A DNA stretch of 64,000 nucleotides, taken from contig CAWIDS010000001.1 of assembly GCA_963834935.1 (NCBI GenBank), positions 65,338 through 129,337 of the forward strand, written 5' to 3'. Shown piece by piece: positions 37,609 to 49,776 of this stretch. The position numbers and the translations under genes were made by a program. The DNA is from Candidatus Nomurabacteria bacterium (GTDB taxonomy: Bacteria; Patescibacteriota; Minisyncoccia; Phycocordibacterales; CALRBL01). Below the pieces are notes generated by a model. That model worked only from the letters and a program-made list of their open reading frames with translations, was not told where the DNA came from and searched no databases. Every line of letters starts with the position of its first letter. Within the stretch, counting starts at the first letter, position 1.

Positions 37609-38334
37609 TCATATACTGTCAATAGATACGAGATATGCTTCCGCAACGTACCTGTCGGTCTTCTGGCCGAAGCTATTGCACGTCGACAAAGTCAGCATAT
37701 TCTTTTTGTCCGAAAAATCAACCAATTCTTGAGTAGCATTGACCAGACTGACATCGCCTACCTTGTATACGTACTTTTTTTTCAAGCCGAAAAGGTCAAT
37801 TTCATCGCCGGCTTTAAGATTCTTTATGTTATTGAATACCTGGTATGCCTTGTTATTCACGATGCGATAGCCAGTGCTGTGACCGAAGATAAAGACGTTT
37901 CCTTCCCCTGCAAGGCCGGAGCCGGGATAATAGACAGGCCCATGAGTCAAGGAGTTATCGAGGACAGTGTAATCATCCGATGAAGGATGCACCACGTCAG
38001 CATCCAAGTTTATGGATGGCGCGACTATGCGGAGCGGCGTCTCGCCTTTCGGCGACGAGATGATCTGCGATGAATTCACTTCTGCGCTCGACGTGCCGGT
38101 CAATCCAAGATTCTGAAAAGTGGACTGCTCGATCTGGGTCGCGATGGTATTATCCTGCGTCTGAACTTCGAATTCATTGGGTATGAAGCCGAGAAAGTTG
38201 AGAATGATGCATGTCACGAGAAATACCCCAAGAAATATCCCGGCAAAAAAAAGAGTATTCTTTATGAAATGCTCGTGGGCGGCGTAAAAGGAGTTTTTCT
38301 TCATGGGAATTAGGGTCATTATAGCAGATGACAA
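37609..38334 (-). CDS. Sortase family transpeptidase
   Basis: 241 aa with an N-terminal TM anchor. The catalytic His is in 'IFGHSTGY', the Cys in 'LTLSTCNSFG', and an Arg follows downstream. It sits immediately upstream of the IPATG substrate, with a 3-nt gap. Confidence 0.8.
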   Translation of the reverse strand: MSSAIMTLIPMKKNSFYAAHEHFIKNTLFFAGIFLGVFLVTCIILNFLGFIPNEFEVQTQDNTIATQIEQSTFQNLGLTGTSSAEVNSSQIISSPKGETPLRIVAPSINLDADVVHPSSDDYTVLDNSLTHGPVYYPGSGLAGEGNVFIFGHSTGYRIVNNKAYQVFNNIKNLKAGDEIDLFGLKKKYVYKVGDVSLVNATQELVDFSDKKNMLTLSTCNSFGQKTDRYVAEAYLVSIDSI

Positions 38335-38375
38335 TTTATTGACAAGTATTATATTGTAAAGTATAATCCTGAATT

Positions 38376-39734
38376 ATGAATAAAGAGACCACACCTGTCC
38401 AAGTAGCAGTCAGGATCATCATACTTATCATCATCTTGACCCTTATCCTTATCATCTGCTTTGGAATGATCAAGCTCATTCCCCAAGTTTTCTCGTCATT
38501 CTCAAATCTCAACAATATTTTCTCATCCAAACAGAAGGAACAAATCACCCTTTCGCTCTATCCAACGTCGATCAATTCGAACGAGCATACGACGCTGGCT
38601 TTCAAGCAAGAAGGCGGCCAGGCTGTCGGCTCATATTCCCTTCAATATTCATGTGACGACAATACTACCCTCCTCGAAGCTGTGTATGGCCAGAATATCA
38701 GCGTCATCAATTGCAACATGCCTTACAACCTCGAAGCAGCTACATCGAGCACAGCGAGCCAGTCGCTTGACCTGATCGGCATCAATAACGCCTCTTCGAC
38801 AGAAAAAAACATTCAGATAACCATCAGTCACGTCGCCATAACCGCTAGTTCAACTTCAGTCTTCTCTTCTTCAACTGTCTCGCTATTGATAAAGAATGAT
38901 GTGGGAAGTCCTGCAAATACGCCTGCTTCAAGTACGACAGCGACCATAGCCACGCCTGCGACGGCCCCTTCCTCAAGCCAGGCTCCAGCCGCCGCGAGCC
39001 ATGTCACTTACAACAACAGCCGAAGCTATTCTTCCTCGTACAACTCGTCTCCGGCGAATCTCGTAGTCACTTTCACCAAGGGGGTCGTCGATCAGAACAA
39101 CCGGACAATGACCGTATTCCAAGTCAGGAACACCGGAGGACATGCGAGCGGACCATGGTCATTCGTTGCTAGTCTGCCTACTTCAAATTCCTCTTATTCG
39201 ACTTACGATTCCGGATACCAATCCTCTATCCCTCCGCAAGGCGTAAGCATCTTCACTCTCGCTTTCGACAATACCCTTCCCGGCACCAACAATATGACTA
39301 TAACCATCGACGGAAAGACAACTACTCTCGCCGTGATCGGCAATGGAGGAAGCTATAACGGCGGAACGTACGGAAACGGCTCCCAGGCTGACCTTTACAT
39401 CGTCTCGGCCCAGACAGGAAGTGTTGACTACAACGGCAACTTCTGCGCAAGTTACTCATGCTACGGAACAGGAACTGGCCGCCCTGCAGTGAAAATTATC
39501 GTCGGCAATGAAGGAGGAGTCGCTACCGGCCCTTGGAGCTTCCGCACCGCCTTCGGCGGATATGCAGACGGATACGACTCAGGAATCCTTCCCTCGCTTG
39601 GAGCCGGACAACAAGCTACTTATGTCGTAGGATTCGATACACTCACTAACAACAGCCTTCAGATCGTCCTTGATCCGAACAATATGGTCAATGAATCAAA
39701 CAGGTCTAACGACTATCAGACAGTCAGCTTCTAA
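38376..39734 (+). CDS. Membrane-anchored Ser/Thr-rich secreted protein with two internal ~110-aa repeats
   Basis: 452 aa. It has an N-terminal TM, an S/T/A-rich linker and repeated 'GG.A.GPWSF..' units. No sorting motif. Confidence 0.5.
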   Translation: MNKETTPVQVAVRIIILIIILTLILIICFGMIKLIPQVFSSFSNLNNIFSSKQKEQITLSLYPTSINSNEHTTLAFKQEGGQAVGSYSLQYSCDDNTTLLEAVYGQNISVINCNMPYNLEAATSSTASQSLDLIGINNASSTEKNIQITISHVAITASSTSVFSSSTVSLLIKNDVGSPANTPASSTTATIATPATAPSSSQAPAAASHVTYNNSRSYSSSYNSSPANLVVTFTKGVVDQNNRTMTVFQVRNTGGHASGPWSFVASLPTSNSSYSTYDSGYQSSIPPQGVSIFTLAFDNTLPGTNNMTITIDGKTTTLAVIGNGGSYNGGTYGNGSQADLYIVSAQTGSVDYNGNFCASYSCYGTGTGRPAVKIIVGNEGGVATGPWSFRTAFGGYADGYDSGILPSLGAGQQATYVVGFDTLTNNSLQIVLDPNNMVNESNRSNDYQTVSF

Positions 39735-39750
39735 GAAAAGAAATAAAATT

Positions 39751-41827
<2,077 letters not shown>

Positions 41828-42149
41828 AGATAAATATTGTAGCAGAGAAAGAAGCCAAAGTACCTATTGACATACTCTTTATATATGACACAATCCCAAT
41901 AGCTGCGTGCGGGGTTAGGTGCAACCCAGAGCCTAGACTGCTCTTCCTTTGAATCTTTGGCCGAGCCTTACGAACTCCGGCCAATATTCGAAGAATTGCC
42001 GTTCTTTAAAAGCGGACGAAGGAATCCTTGGCAATCCCAAAAGGAAACTTCTATCCGAAGCGGGAAACTCATTGGGATGATAACCGCAGCACCATCGCTG
42101 GGGGAGAAAGGCCTGGATCTCGGATTCCCTTTCTCCCCCTCCCTCTCTT

Positions 42150-42185
42150 TTCGACTGCATCACATGATGCGGTTTTTTATTTTAT
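42150..42185 (+). terminator. Terminator-like hairpin plus T run inside the 440-nt gyrB-secG intergenic region
   Basis: Sequence gcatcacatgatgc followed by ggttttttatttt. Confidence 0.45.
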
Positions 42186-42272
42186 GTAAATAAAAAGCGG
42201 CCCGAAATGAACCAGGTCCCTATGAATGACCCTCTTTGACAAAAGGCTTCTTTCTGGTATGCTTTTTCCTAC

Positions 42273-42500
42273 ATGACATTAATTCATTCATTCCTGCCCT
42301 ATATTCAGATCGTCCTTGCCGTGCTCATAATCCTAGGCGTGTTGCTCCAGCAGTCTGAAACTAGCCTCGGAGGGGCGTTCGGAGCCGGAGATTCTGGAAC
42401 TGCCTTCCATACTCGAAGAGGGTTTGAACGATTCCTATTCATAGGAACAATTGTCGTATGCGTCATTTTCGTCGCGACCTGCTTCATCGCGCTACTTTAG
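42273..42500 (+). CDS. secG: Preprotein translocase subunit SecG
   Basis: 75 aa with two TM helices flanking the Gly-rich loop 'LQQSETSLGGAFGAGDSGTAF'. Confidence 0.75.
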   Translation: MTLIHSFLPYIQIVLAVLIILGVLLQQSETSLGGAFGAGDSGTAFHTRRGFERFLFIGTIVVCVIFVATCFIALL

Positions 42501-42536
42501 CTCAGGCTCAATCAGCCGCCGGAAACCGGCACTTTC

Positions 42537-44225
42537 GTGAAGATCCCCTATCTATCATCTCTCAGAAAAATATATGACGAATTTTCTCTCATCGAGAAGA
42601 TCGTATTCACTGCGCTTGTAGTCGTCCTTATCGTCAGCGGCATGACTCTTCTCTATTTCTTCGGCACTTCCTACATGAAGGATGTCCCTGCCCGCGGAGG
42701 AGAGATGCATGAGGGCGTCGTCGGCTATCCGCATTTCATCAATCCATTGCTCGCCACCACAGAGAGCGAAAGGGATCTTTCTACCCTTACCTATTCGGGC
42801 CTGATGAGAGTCGATGCGACCGGAAACCTGGTTCCTGACCTTGCCGAAAGCTACACGGTCTCGAATGACGGAAAAATCTACACCTTCGTCCTCAGGAAAG
42901 GCGAAGTATTCCAAGATAATACGCCTATTACGAGCGATGACGTCATCTTTACCATACAAAAAGCCGAGGACCCGACCCTCAAGAGCCCTCAGCACGCCAA
43001 CTGGCAAGGAGTGACAGTAAATGCCATTGATGCCCGCACAGTCCAATTCGTCCTCAAGACCCCCTATTCTTCATTCCTCCAAAACACCACGCTCGGCATC
43101 CTGCCTAAGCACATCTGGAACGATGCCGACATCAACGAATTCACTTTCAGCTCATACAATTTCAATCCGGTTGGCTCCGGCCCATATCAGATAAAGGAGG
43201 TGAAGCGCGACAGCGCTGGCCTTCCTATCTACTACAGGCTCGTCGCTTTCAATAAATACCCGACAGGAGAAAAAGATATCTCTACCATATATATCCATAC
43301 TTTCATTGACCAACAGAGCATGATCAAGGCATTGGAAAAAGGAACAATCGGAAGCGCAGGAGGCATTTCTCCTTCTAATAAGCAGATTCTCGATGACACG
43401 AGATTCAACATCTACTCGCCCGCTCTACTTCGGACCATAGGAGTATTCTTCAACCAAAGCCAGAATCCGCTCTTTGCTCATGCTGAAATACGGCAAGCGC
43501 TCGGCATGGCAGTGGACAGAAACGATATAATTGGTAAAGTACTGTATGGTTACGGAAATGAGGAATTTTCACCTCTTCCACACAACCTCCTCCTTTCAAG
43601 CGGAACAAGCGCTTCATCTTCACTTGAAGCCGCAAAGAGCCTGCTCGACAAGAATGACTGGAAATCGAACAGCCAAGGAATCCGCGAGAAGAAGATAGGA
43701 AAGCAGACGGTGCAGCTTTCCTTTTCGATAACTACCTCGGACAATCCTGATCTTTTGAATACGGCTGCGCTCCTGAAAGAGGAATGGACGAAACTCGGCG
43801 CAAACGTGACTATCATCTCGCTTGATCCGTCAGATCTCAGCCAGAATGCCATCAGGCCTCGCAAGTACGACGCGCTACTTTTCGGAGAAGTCATAGGAAG
43901 GGGTGATGACCTCTATCCCTTCTGGGATTCGGCGGAAAGGAAGGATCCGGGGTTCAACATCGCCCTCTATGCGAACAGCAAGGCAGACAAATTCCTTGAA
44001 GAAGCACGAAGCGCGACCAGTTCGGATCAGAAAGCTTCAGAACTCGTATCGGCAGAAAATATCATCTCAGGCGACATGCCGGCCATATTCCTTTATTCCC
44101 CGGATTTCATTTATGTAGCCAGGAAGGATATCAAAGGGCTTTCACTTCCGCCGCTTGAAATGCCATACGAAAGATGGGCCGGCATCTTCGATTCATATAT
44201 CAATACAAGAAAAGTATTCAAATAA
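42537..44225 (+). CDS. ABC transporter substrate-binding protein, family 5 (peptide/nickel type), membrane-anchored
   Basis: 562 aa with an N-terminal TM. The SBP-5 architecture is 'YSGLMRVDATGNLVPDLAESY...'. Confidence 0.7.
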   Translation: MKIPYLSSLRKIYDEFSLIEKIVFTALVVVLIVSGMTLLYFFGTSYMKDVPARGGEMHEGVVGYPHFINPLLATTESERDLSTLTYSGLMRVDATGNLVPDLAESYTVSNDGKIYTFVLRKGEVFQDNTPITSDDVIFTIQKAEDPTLKSPQHANWQGVTVNAIDARTVQFVLKTPYSSFLQNTTLGILPKHIWNDADINEFTFSSYNFNPVGSGPYQIKEVKRDSAGLPIYYRLVAFNKYPTGEKDISTIYIHTFIDQQSMIKALEKGTIGSAGGISPSNKQILDDTRFNIYSPALLRTIGVFFNQSQNPLFAHAEIRQALGMAVDRNDIIGKVLYGYGNEEFSPLPHNLLLSSGTSASSSLEAAKSLLDKNDWKSNSQGIREKKIGKQTVQLSFSITTSDNPDLLNTAALLKEEWTKLGANVTIISLDPSDLSQNAIRPRKYDALLFGEVIGRGDDLYPFWDSAERKDPGFNIALYANSKADKFLEEARSATSSDQKASELVSAENIISGDMPAIFLYSPDFIYVARKDIKGLSLPPLEMPYERWAGIFDSYINTRKVFK

Positions 44226-44262
44226 AAAATTAATAATTAGCAGAAAAAGTAACAAAAATAAA

Positions 44263-46188
44263 ATGAACAAAGACAAAACAGAACTATCAGACAAAGAGAT
44301 GCTCGCGCCTGATGTGCCGGCATATGACGGCCTTGCCCCAGCGGCGGCATCAACCGCTCCTTCGCGCCCTGCATCTTCCCGCTCAGGCGGAAGCCGCGGA
44401 CAAAGCGGAGGCCAGTCGCGCGGACGGCGGGAACGCCCCCGAAGCAGCATGCCATCGCGCAATTCCTTCGCTGAGAAGAAGAAAAGTGACGGAGTCATCC
44501 CTCCTATCGGAGACAATATCCGCATCATCGCCCTCGGAGGCGTGGAAGAAGTCGGAAAGAACATGACACTCGTGGAGATCGGCGAAGACATCATCGTCAT
44601 CGATGCAGGTTTCGCTTTCAAGGAAGAAGATACTCCAGGTATCGACTATATCCTTCCCAATACCAAATACCTCGAAGAACGGAAGGATAAGATCCGTGCC
44701 ATCATCATCACCCACGGGCACCTCGATCACATCGGCGCCCTTCCTTTCATCATGGACCGCATCGGTAATCCGCCTCTGTATACCCGGAACCTTACTGCGC
44801 TCATGATCAAGAAGCGTCATACTGAATTTCCCCACCTCGAGCAGATCGACTACAAGGTCGTCGAGAATAACGAGAAGATCAAGATCGGAAAGCTCTCGGT
44901 CAAATTCTTCGGCGTGACCCACAGCATTCCTGATTCGATGGGAGTGATCATCGAGACTCCTTACGGCAATATCGTCACGCCTGGCGACTTCAAGCTCAAC
45001 CACCGGAATGAGAAAGTGATCGCCGAGGAAGAAAAAGAGTATGCTATTTTCGACAAAGAAAAGACTCTTCTGCTCCTCACGGACTCGACGAACATCGAGA
45101 ACCCCGGCTTCTCTACCCCCGAAGAAGTGGTTCAGGAAAACCTCGAGGAGATCATCAAGAACATAAAGGGCCGCCTTATCATGGCAATGTTCGCTTCGCA
45201 CATCTACCGCATTGCCCACATCGTCCGCACCTGCGAGAAATACGGCAAGAAGCTTGTCGTCGAAGGACGCAGCATGAAAAATAATATCGAGATCGTCATG
45301 TTCGCCGGCCTCCTCAAAGTGGACAAGAACGTCATCATCAAGCCAGAAGACATCGATCAGTATCCGCCCGACAAGGTCGTCGTGCTCGCAACTGGCGCCC
45401 AAGGCGAAGACTTCTCATTCCTCGATCGCCTCATCAATGACCAGTACAAGCATTTCAAGCTGAATGCCAAAGATACTGTCCTTCTTTCATCGTCCATCAT
45501 TCCTGGAAAGGAAAAGGCTGTGCAGCGCCTCAAGGACGGCATCGCCCGAAAAGGCGCGAGAATCATGCATTACCGCACTTCCGATGTCTACATCCACTCG
45601 ACCGGACATGGAAACCGCGGCGAAATCGAATGGCTTCACAAAAAGCTCAAGCCGAAGTTCTTCATCCCTATCCACGGAAACCACTACATGCTCAAGCTTC
45701 ATGCTGAGCTCGCCGAATCGCTCGGCATGCCGAAAGAGAACATCATCGTTCCCGACAATGGCATGATCATCGAGATCCAGGACAAAGGCGAGAAGATCGT
45801 CGCACTTAAGGAAAAAGCTCCTTCGAGCACCGTCATGGTGGACGGCTTCACCATCGGTGACATCCAGGAAGTGGTCATCCGCGACAGGCAGATCCTCGCC
45901 CAGGATGGCATCTTCGTCTTCGTAGCCATGATCGACTCGAAGACTGGCAAGCTCAAAAAATCACCGGACATCATCTCGCGAGGATCAGTTTATCTTCGCG
46001 AGTCTCAAGAGCTTCTTCGCGAGGCACGCTTCATCATCAAGCGCACCATCGAGCGGAACACCGGCAACGGCAGTGCCCCCATCAACTTCGAATACATCAA
46101 GAATCTCGTCACTGAGGAAACCTCGCGCTTCCTCTTCCAGCAGACCGCCAAGCGTCCTATCGTCATTCCCGTACTGCTTAGCGTCTAA
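44263..46188 (+). CDS. rnj: Ribonuclease J (beta-CASP MBL) with a basic low-complexity N-terminal extension
   Basis: 'ITHGHLDHIGALP' and beta-CASP motifs are present. The start was set at ATG 44263, because the ORF from 44155 overlaps the upstream gene. The N-terminal tail is 'SRSGGSRGQSGGQSRGRRERPRSS'. Confidence 0.85.
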   Translation: MNKDKTELSDKEMLAPDVPAYDGLAPAAASTAPSRPASSRSGGSRGQSGGQSRGRRERPRSSMPSRNSFAEKKKSDGVIPPIGDNIRIIALGGVEEVGKNMTLVEIGEDIIVIDAGFAFKEEDTPGIDYILPNTKYLEERKDKIRAIIITHGHLDHIGALPFIMDRIGNPPLYTRNLTALMIKKRHTEFPHLEQIDYKVVENNEKIKIGKLSVKFFGVTHSIPDSMGVIIETPYGNIVTPGDFKLNHRNEKVIAEEEKEYAIFDKEKTLLLLTDSTNIENPGFSTPEEVVQENLEEIIKNIKGRLIMAMFASHIYRIAHIVRTCEKYGKKLVVEGRSMKNNIEIVMFAGLLKVDKNVIIKPEDIDQYPPDKVVVLATGAQGEDFSFLDRLINDQYKHFKLNAKDTVLLSSSIIPGKEKAVQRLKDGIARKGARIMHYRTSDVYIHSTGHGNRGEIEWLHKKLKPKFFIPIHGNHYMLKLHAELAESLGMPKENIIVPDNGMIIEIQDKGEKIVALKEKAPSSTVMVDGFTIGDIQEVVIRDRQILAQDGIFVFVAMIDSKTGKLKKSPDIISRGSVYLRESQELLREARFIIKRTIERNTGNGSAPINFEYIKNLVTEETSRFLFQQTAKRPIVIPVLLSV

Positions 46189-46207
46189 GATATAGTACAA
46201 TTAACAG

Positions 46208-47374
46208 ATGAAAAAGATTTCGCTCGAGAAGGATTCATTCGTATTCACCTATCTCGCAACCCTTCTCGTCTCCTTTCATTATTATCTCGTTACCTACGTC
46301 AATTCGTCTTTCCTGACCCAATATGTCGGCACCAGCACGATAGGCATCCTCTATACGGCTGGAGCAATACTCAACATCATATTTTTCTTCGCCATCACTA
46401 AGTTCCTCCGCAAGTACGGAGACTACAAGGTGATGCTTTTTTGCCTTGGGTTGGAAGGCCTTTCCCTCCTATCCATGGCAACCCTCAAAAACATCTCATG
46501 GCTGGCGCCGGCATTCATACTTCATGACGCCATCAATCCCATGCTTCTCGTCTGCCTCGATATCTTTCTTGAACATTATTCAAAGAACGAGAAGACAGGG
46601 GCCATCAGGGGATTCTTCCTCACTGTCATCAGCCTGACCGCCGTCATCTCGCCGCTACTTGTCGGCACAATAATCCAAAATGGAGGCTTCTCAAGGGTTT
46701 ATTTCGCCTCAGTCGGCTTCATAGTCCTGCTTTTCCTCTTAGTCGCTCGCTACTTCAAGGATTATAAGGACCGGGAATACCATACGAGCTCGCCTTTAAA
46801 GATCCTCGACGAGCTCGTCAGAAGCAGGCCGATCAGGCAGATATTCGCCTCAAACCTGATGCTGCAGATATTCTATTCATGGATGACAGTCTATATACCC
46901 ATTTATCTGGCAAAATACATCGGCTTCGGCTGGGGCGAGATCGGCCTGATAATCAGCATATCGATACTGCCTTTCGTCTTCTTCGAATTCCCTCTTGGCG
47001 AGATCGCGGACAAGAAGCTGGGAGAGAAGGAGATATTGCTTTCTGGGTTCGCCATCATGGTATCCGGCCTACTGCTGATAGGAGAGATCAGCGCCGCAAA
47101 TACTGTCCTTTGGATACTTGCCATCGGCATCGCCCGCATAGGCGCATGTTTCGTCGAAGTTTCGACTGAGACTTATTTCTTCAAGAACATAAACTCGGAC
47201 AACAACGAGTTGATCAATTTTTGGAGAATGACCAATCCGCTCGGATACATATTAGGGACGATTCTCGGTGGTATCTGCCTCATAATAATGCCTTTCCAAT
47301 ATGCCTTCTTCGTGCTGGCCGGCGTAATCGTCTTAGGATTCATCTACGCAACAAGGCTCAAGGACACGAAGTGA
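46208..47374 (+). CDS. MFS transporter
   Basis: 388 aa with about 12 TM helices. Confidence 0.7.
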   Translation: MKKISLEKDSFVFTYLATLLVSFHYYLVTYVNSSFLTQYVGTSTIGILYTAGAILNIIFFFAITKFLRKYGDYKVMLFCLGLEGLSLLSMATLKNISWLAPAFILHDAINPMLLVCLDIFLEHYSKNEKTGAIRGFFLTVISLTAVISPLLVGTIIQNGGFSRVYFASVGFIVLLFLLVARYFKDYKDREYHTSSPLKILDELVRSRPIRQIFASNLMLQIFYSWMTVYIPIYLAKYIGFGWGEIGLIISISILPFVFFEFPLGEIADKKLGEKEILLSGFAIMVSGLLLIGEISAANTVLWILAIGIARIGACFVEVSTETYFFKNINSDNNELINFWRMTNPLGYILGTILGGICLIIMPFQYAFFVLAGVIVLGFIYATRLKDTK

Positions 47375-47375
47375 T

Positions 47376-48227
47376 TTAGACCGGTTTGTATGGATGATAG
47401 ACGAAAATAAACCAGAGGAAGACAGCGATGATGACTGCGAGGACTTTCAAAAGAGTGTCATTCGATATGAACCTGTTCAAGGTCTTTTCTTTCGGCTTTT
47501 CTACGTTCATGAATTTGTTGATTATCTTCTCCAAAGCGGCTTTATCGGGCACTGCGTGAAGAGTGCCGTTCTGGGCGATAGAAATGGTGCCGCGCTCTTC
47601 GGAGACGACTATTGCCAAGGCATCTGTCCTTTCAGTGATACCTGATGATGCGCGATGCCTCGTACCCATGGTCGAGAAGCCTTTAAACTCCTCGGCAAGC
47701 GGAAGATGAACGCCGAATTTCTTGATGCGTCCGTTCTCGATGAGCACTGCTCCGTCATGGCCAGGCGTCGAGTCATCAAAGATGCTGAGAAGGAGAGGTA
47801 TCGAAATCTCTCCATCAAGATCAAAGCCTCCTTCGATGATGTCATCGAGCGGATATTCGCCAGAAAGCACAACAATCGCACCAATGCGCTTCTTTGCCAT
47901 GTCAGCAAGGGCTGTAGCCAAGGAAGAGACGAGGCTTTCCTCGAGATTGACCATCCTTTTTTCTAGATGCCCGCGGGAAAGTATGAGCCAGCGGAAAAAA
48001 CGCCTGATTTCCTTCTGGAAGACGATGGCGAATATGACGAAGAAGAAAGTCAGCAGCGGGTTCAGGAACTTGCGCGTCAGTTCCAAATTGAAGACTATCG
48101 AGAGTACGTTCAAGGCGAAAAGACCGAAGATGAAATAGAAGATGAAATATGAGCGCGTTTGCTTTATGAAGACAAAGAGGAGGTAGACGAAACAAGAGAC
48201 GATAAAAATGTCGATAACTGCATCCAT
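47376..48227 (-). CDS. cdaA: Diadenylate cyclase (c-di-AMP synthase), membrane-bound CdaA type
   Basis: 283 aa. N-terminal TM helices precede DAC-domain motifs 'DGAVLIENGRI' and 'GTRHRASSGITE'. Confidence 0.8.
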   Translation of the reverse strand: MDAVIDIFIVSCFVYLLFVFIKQTRSYFIFYFIFGLFALNVLSIVFNLELTRKFLNPLLTFFFVIFAIVFQKEIRRFFRWLILSRGHLEKRMVNLEESLVSSLATALADMAKKRIGAIVVLSGEYPLDDIIEGGFDLDGEISIPLLLSIFDDSTPGHDGAVLIENGRIKKFGVHLPLAEEFKGFSTMGTRHRASSGITERTDALAIVVSEERGTISIAQNGTLHAVPDKAALEKIINKFMNVEKPKEKTLNRFISNDTLLKVLAVIIAVFLWFIFVYHPYKPV

Positions 48228-48236
48228 AAAGCCATT

Positions 48237-48941
48237 CTATAGAGCATTGATAATTTGCGCAACCTTTTCCTTGTACTGATGAGAGCTCTCCGAGCGCGGA
48301 TACGGCAAATCGACTTCGATCGAGTGCTTGATGATGCCCTGACTCATGACCATTATCTTCTGTCCGAGGAGGACCGCTTCTTCCATCGAGTGCGACACCA
48401 TAAGGATGGTCATATCCGGAGAAAGCTGCCAGATCTTCAGAAGCGCCTGATGCAGTGATGCGGTAGTTTCAGGGTCGAGAGCCGAGAATGGCTCGTCGAG
48501 AAGAAGCATTTCTGGCTTCGAGGCGAATGCTCGGGCGATGCCGACGCGCTGGCGCTGCCCGCCGGAAAGGTCGCGTGGATATTTCTTCTCGAAGCCTTCC
48601 ATTTCCATTACCGCCAACGCTTCCTTTATCCTTTTTTTCGATTCGGAAGCCGAAAGTCCGAGAGCCTCGATGCCGAGGCTGACATTATCATAGACATTCC
48701 TCCAAGGAAGGAGAGCTCCCTGCTGGAATACCATCGTCACCGTCTTGGGCTTGATAATAGTTCCGTTATGCGGCTTCAATATACCGCAAATCAGCCTGAG
48801 AATAGTCGACTTGCCGCAGCCGGATTTTCCCACCATGACCGTAAAGGAATGCACAGGAAGGGAGAATGAAAGGTCCTTAACGACTGGTATTTTTTCGAAG
48901 CCGAAGGTGACATTGTCGAATTGAGCGATGATCTTATTCAT
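48237..48941 (-). CDS. ABC transporter ATP-binding protein (NitT/TauT-like)
   Basis: 234 aa. Walker A 'GKSGCGKST', the signature '[14 protein letters not shown]' and Walker B 'LLLDEP' are present. Confidence 0.85.
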   Translation of the reverse strand: MNKIIAQFDNVTFGFEKIPVVKDLSFSLPVHSFTVMVGKSGCGKSTILRLICGILKPHNGTIIKPKTVTMVFQQGALLPWRNVYDNVSLGIEALGLSASESKKRIKEALAVMEMEGFEKKYPRDLSGGQRQRVGIARAFASKPEMLLLDEPFSALDPETTASLHQALLKIWQLSPDMTILMVSHSMEEAVLLGQKIMVMSQGIIKHSIEVDLPYPRSESSHQYKEKVAQIINAL

Positions 48942-48945
48942 ATGA

Positions 48946-49761
48946 TTAATCGAACCTGAATTTGCCTGAATACCGCAGCAGCCGCTGCCAGACGAAAAGA
49001 TTTAAAGCGGTGATGGAAACGATGATAACCGCTACTGACGCGAGAAAAAGCCCTTGATCCCCTGACGTCGAAGAGCTTACCAGCAAGCTGCCTATGCCGA
49101 AAAGGTCGCCGATATGAGTGCTTTGAGGCACATATGAGTGCAGCACTTCAGCCACGATCAGGATATTCCATCCTTGGGCGAAAGCCAGTAGCGAGCCAGT
49201 GACGATCGAAGGGATGAGTGAAGGCAGGATTATCTTGAAAAGATTGTCCTTGCCCCTGATGTTGAAGACCTCGCCTACTTCAGTGATGTTGGTCGGAATG
49301 ACGCGGATCCCTCCCACAACGTTGAAGACGATGTTCCATACCATGCTGAGAAAAATGATAAAAATGGCAGCGACATCCAATAGATCGTAACGGACGAAGA
49401 AAATGATGATGACAGGAAAAAATACAAGGACAGGCACCGATTCGATGACGTCGTAGATAGGAAGAAAAAAACGCTCCGCAAGCGGACTCGTAAGTGCAAG
49501 CAATGCAAGGCCTACCCCGATGACAAGCGAGAATCCATAAGCGACTAGAAGCCTGCCGAAAGAGAGCAGCAATGCGACAAGAAGCGAATTGAACGATATA
49601 TCAGTGGCGACATTAACCTTGTCCAGGCTGAACATGATCAATATCGAGGCGGAAATCAGTATGAACGGTATGAAAAAAGAAAGATTAAGCCGCTCGATGA
49701 AAGTGATATGATGAGGGCGCCGCGAGCAGTGCGAATAATGGACATGGATATTTTCAGCCAT
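48946..49761 (-). CDS. ABC transporter permease (binding-protein-dependent family)
   Basis: 271-aa polytopic protein adjacent to the ATPase. Confidence 0.7.
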   Translation of the reverse strand: MAENIHVHYSHCSRRPHHITFIERLNLSFFIPFILISASILIMFSLDKVNVATDISFNSLLVALLLSFGRLLVAYGFSLVIGVGLALLALTSPLAERFFLPIYDVIESVPVLVFFPVIIIFFVRYDLLDVAAIFIIFLSMVWNIVFNVVGGIRVIPTNITEVGEVFNIRGKDNLFKIILPSLIPSIVTGSLLAFAQGWNILIVAEVLHSYVPQSTHIGDLFGIGSLLVSSSTSGDQGLFLASVAVIIVSITALNLFVWQRLLRYSGKFRFD

Positions 49762-49776
49762 TTCCCTTTTTCAAAA

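Noticed and set aside
41957-42193. 78-aa ORF in the gyrB-secG spacer
   Set aside because: There is no RBS, and the product is low-complexity ('LGFPFSPSLSFRLHHMMRFFILCK'). The region is better explained as a non-coding leader or sRNA ending at the hairpin/T run.
44383-45402. 339-aa minus-strand ORF inside rnj
   Set aside because: It is antisense to the RNase J frame, which has clear MBL/beta-CASP motifs. Its acidic, low-complexity translation is typical of an antisense artefact.
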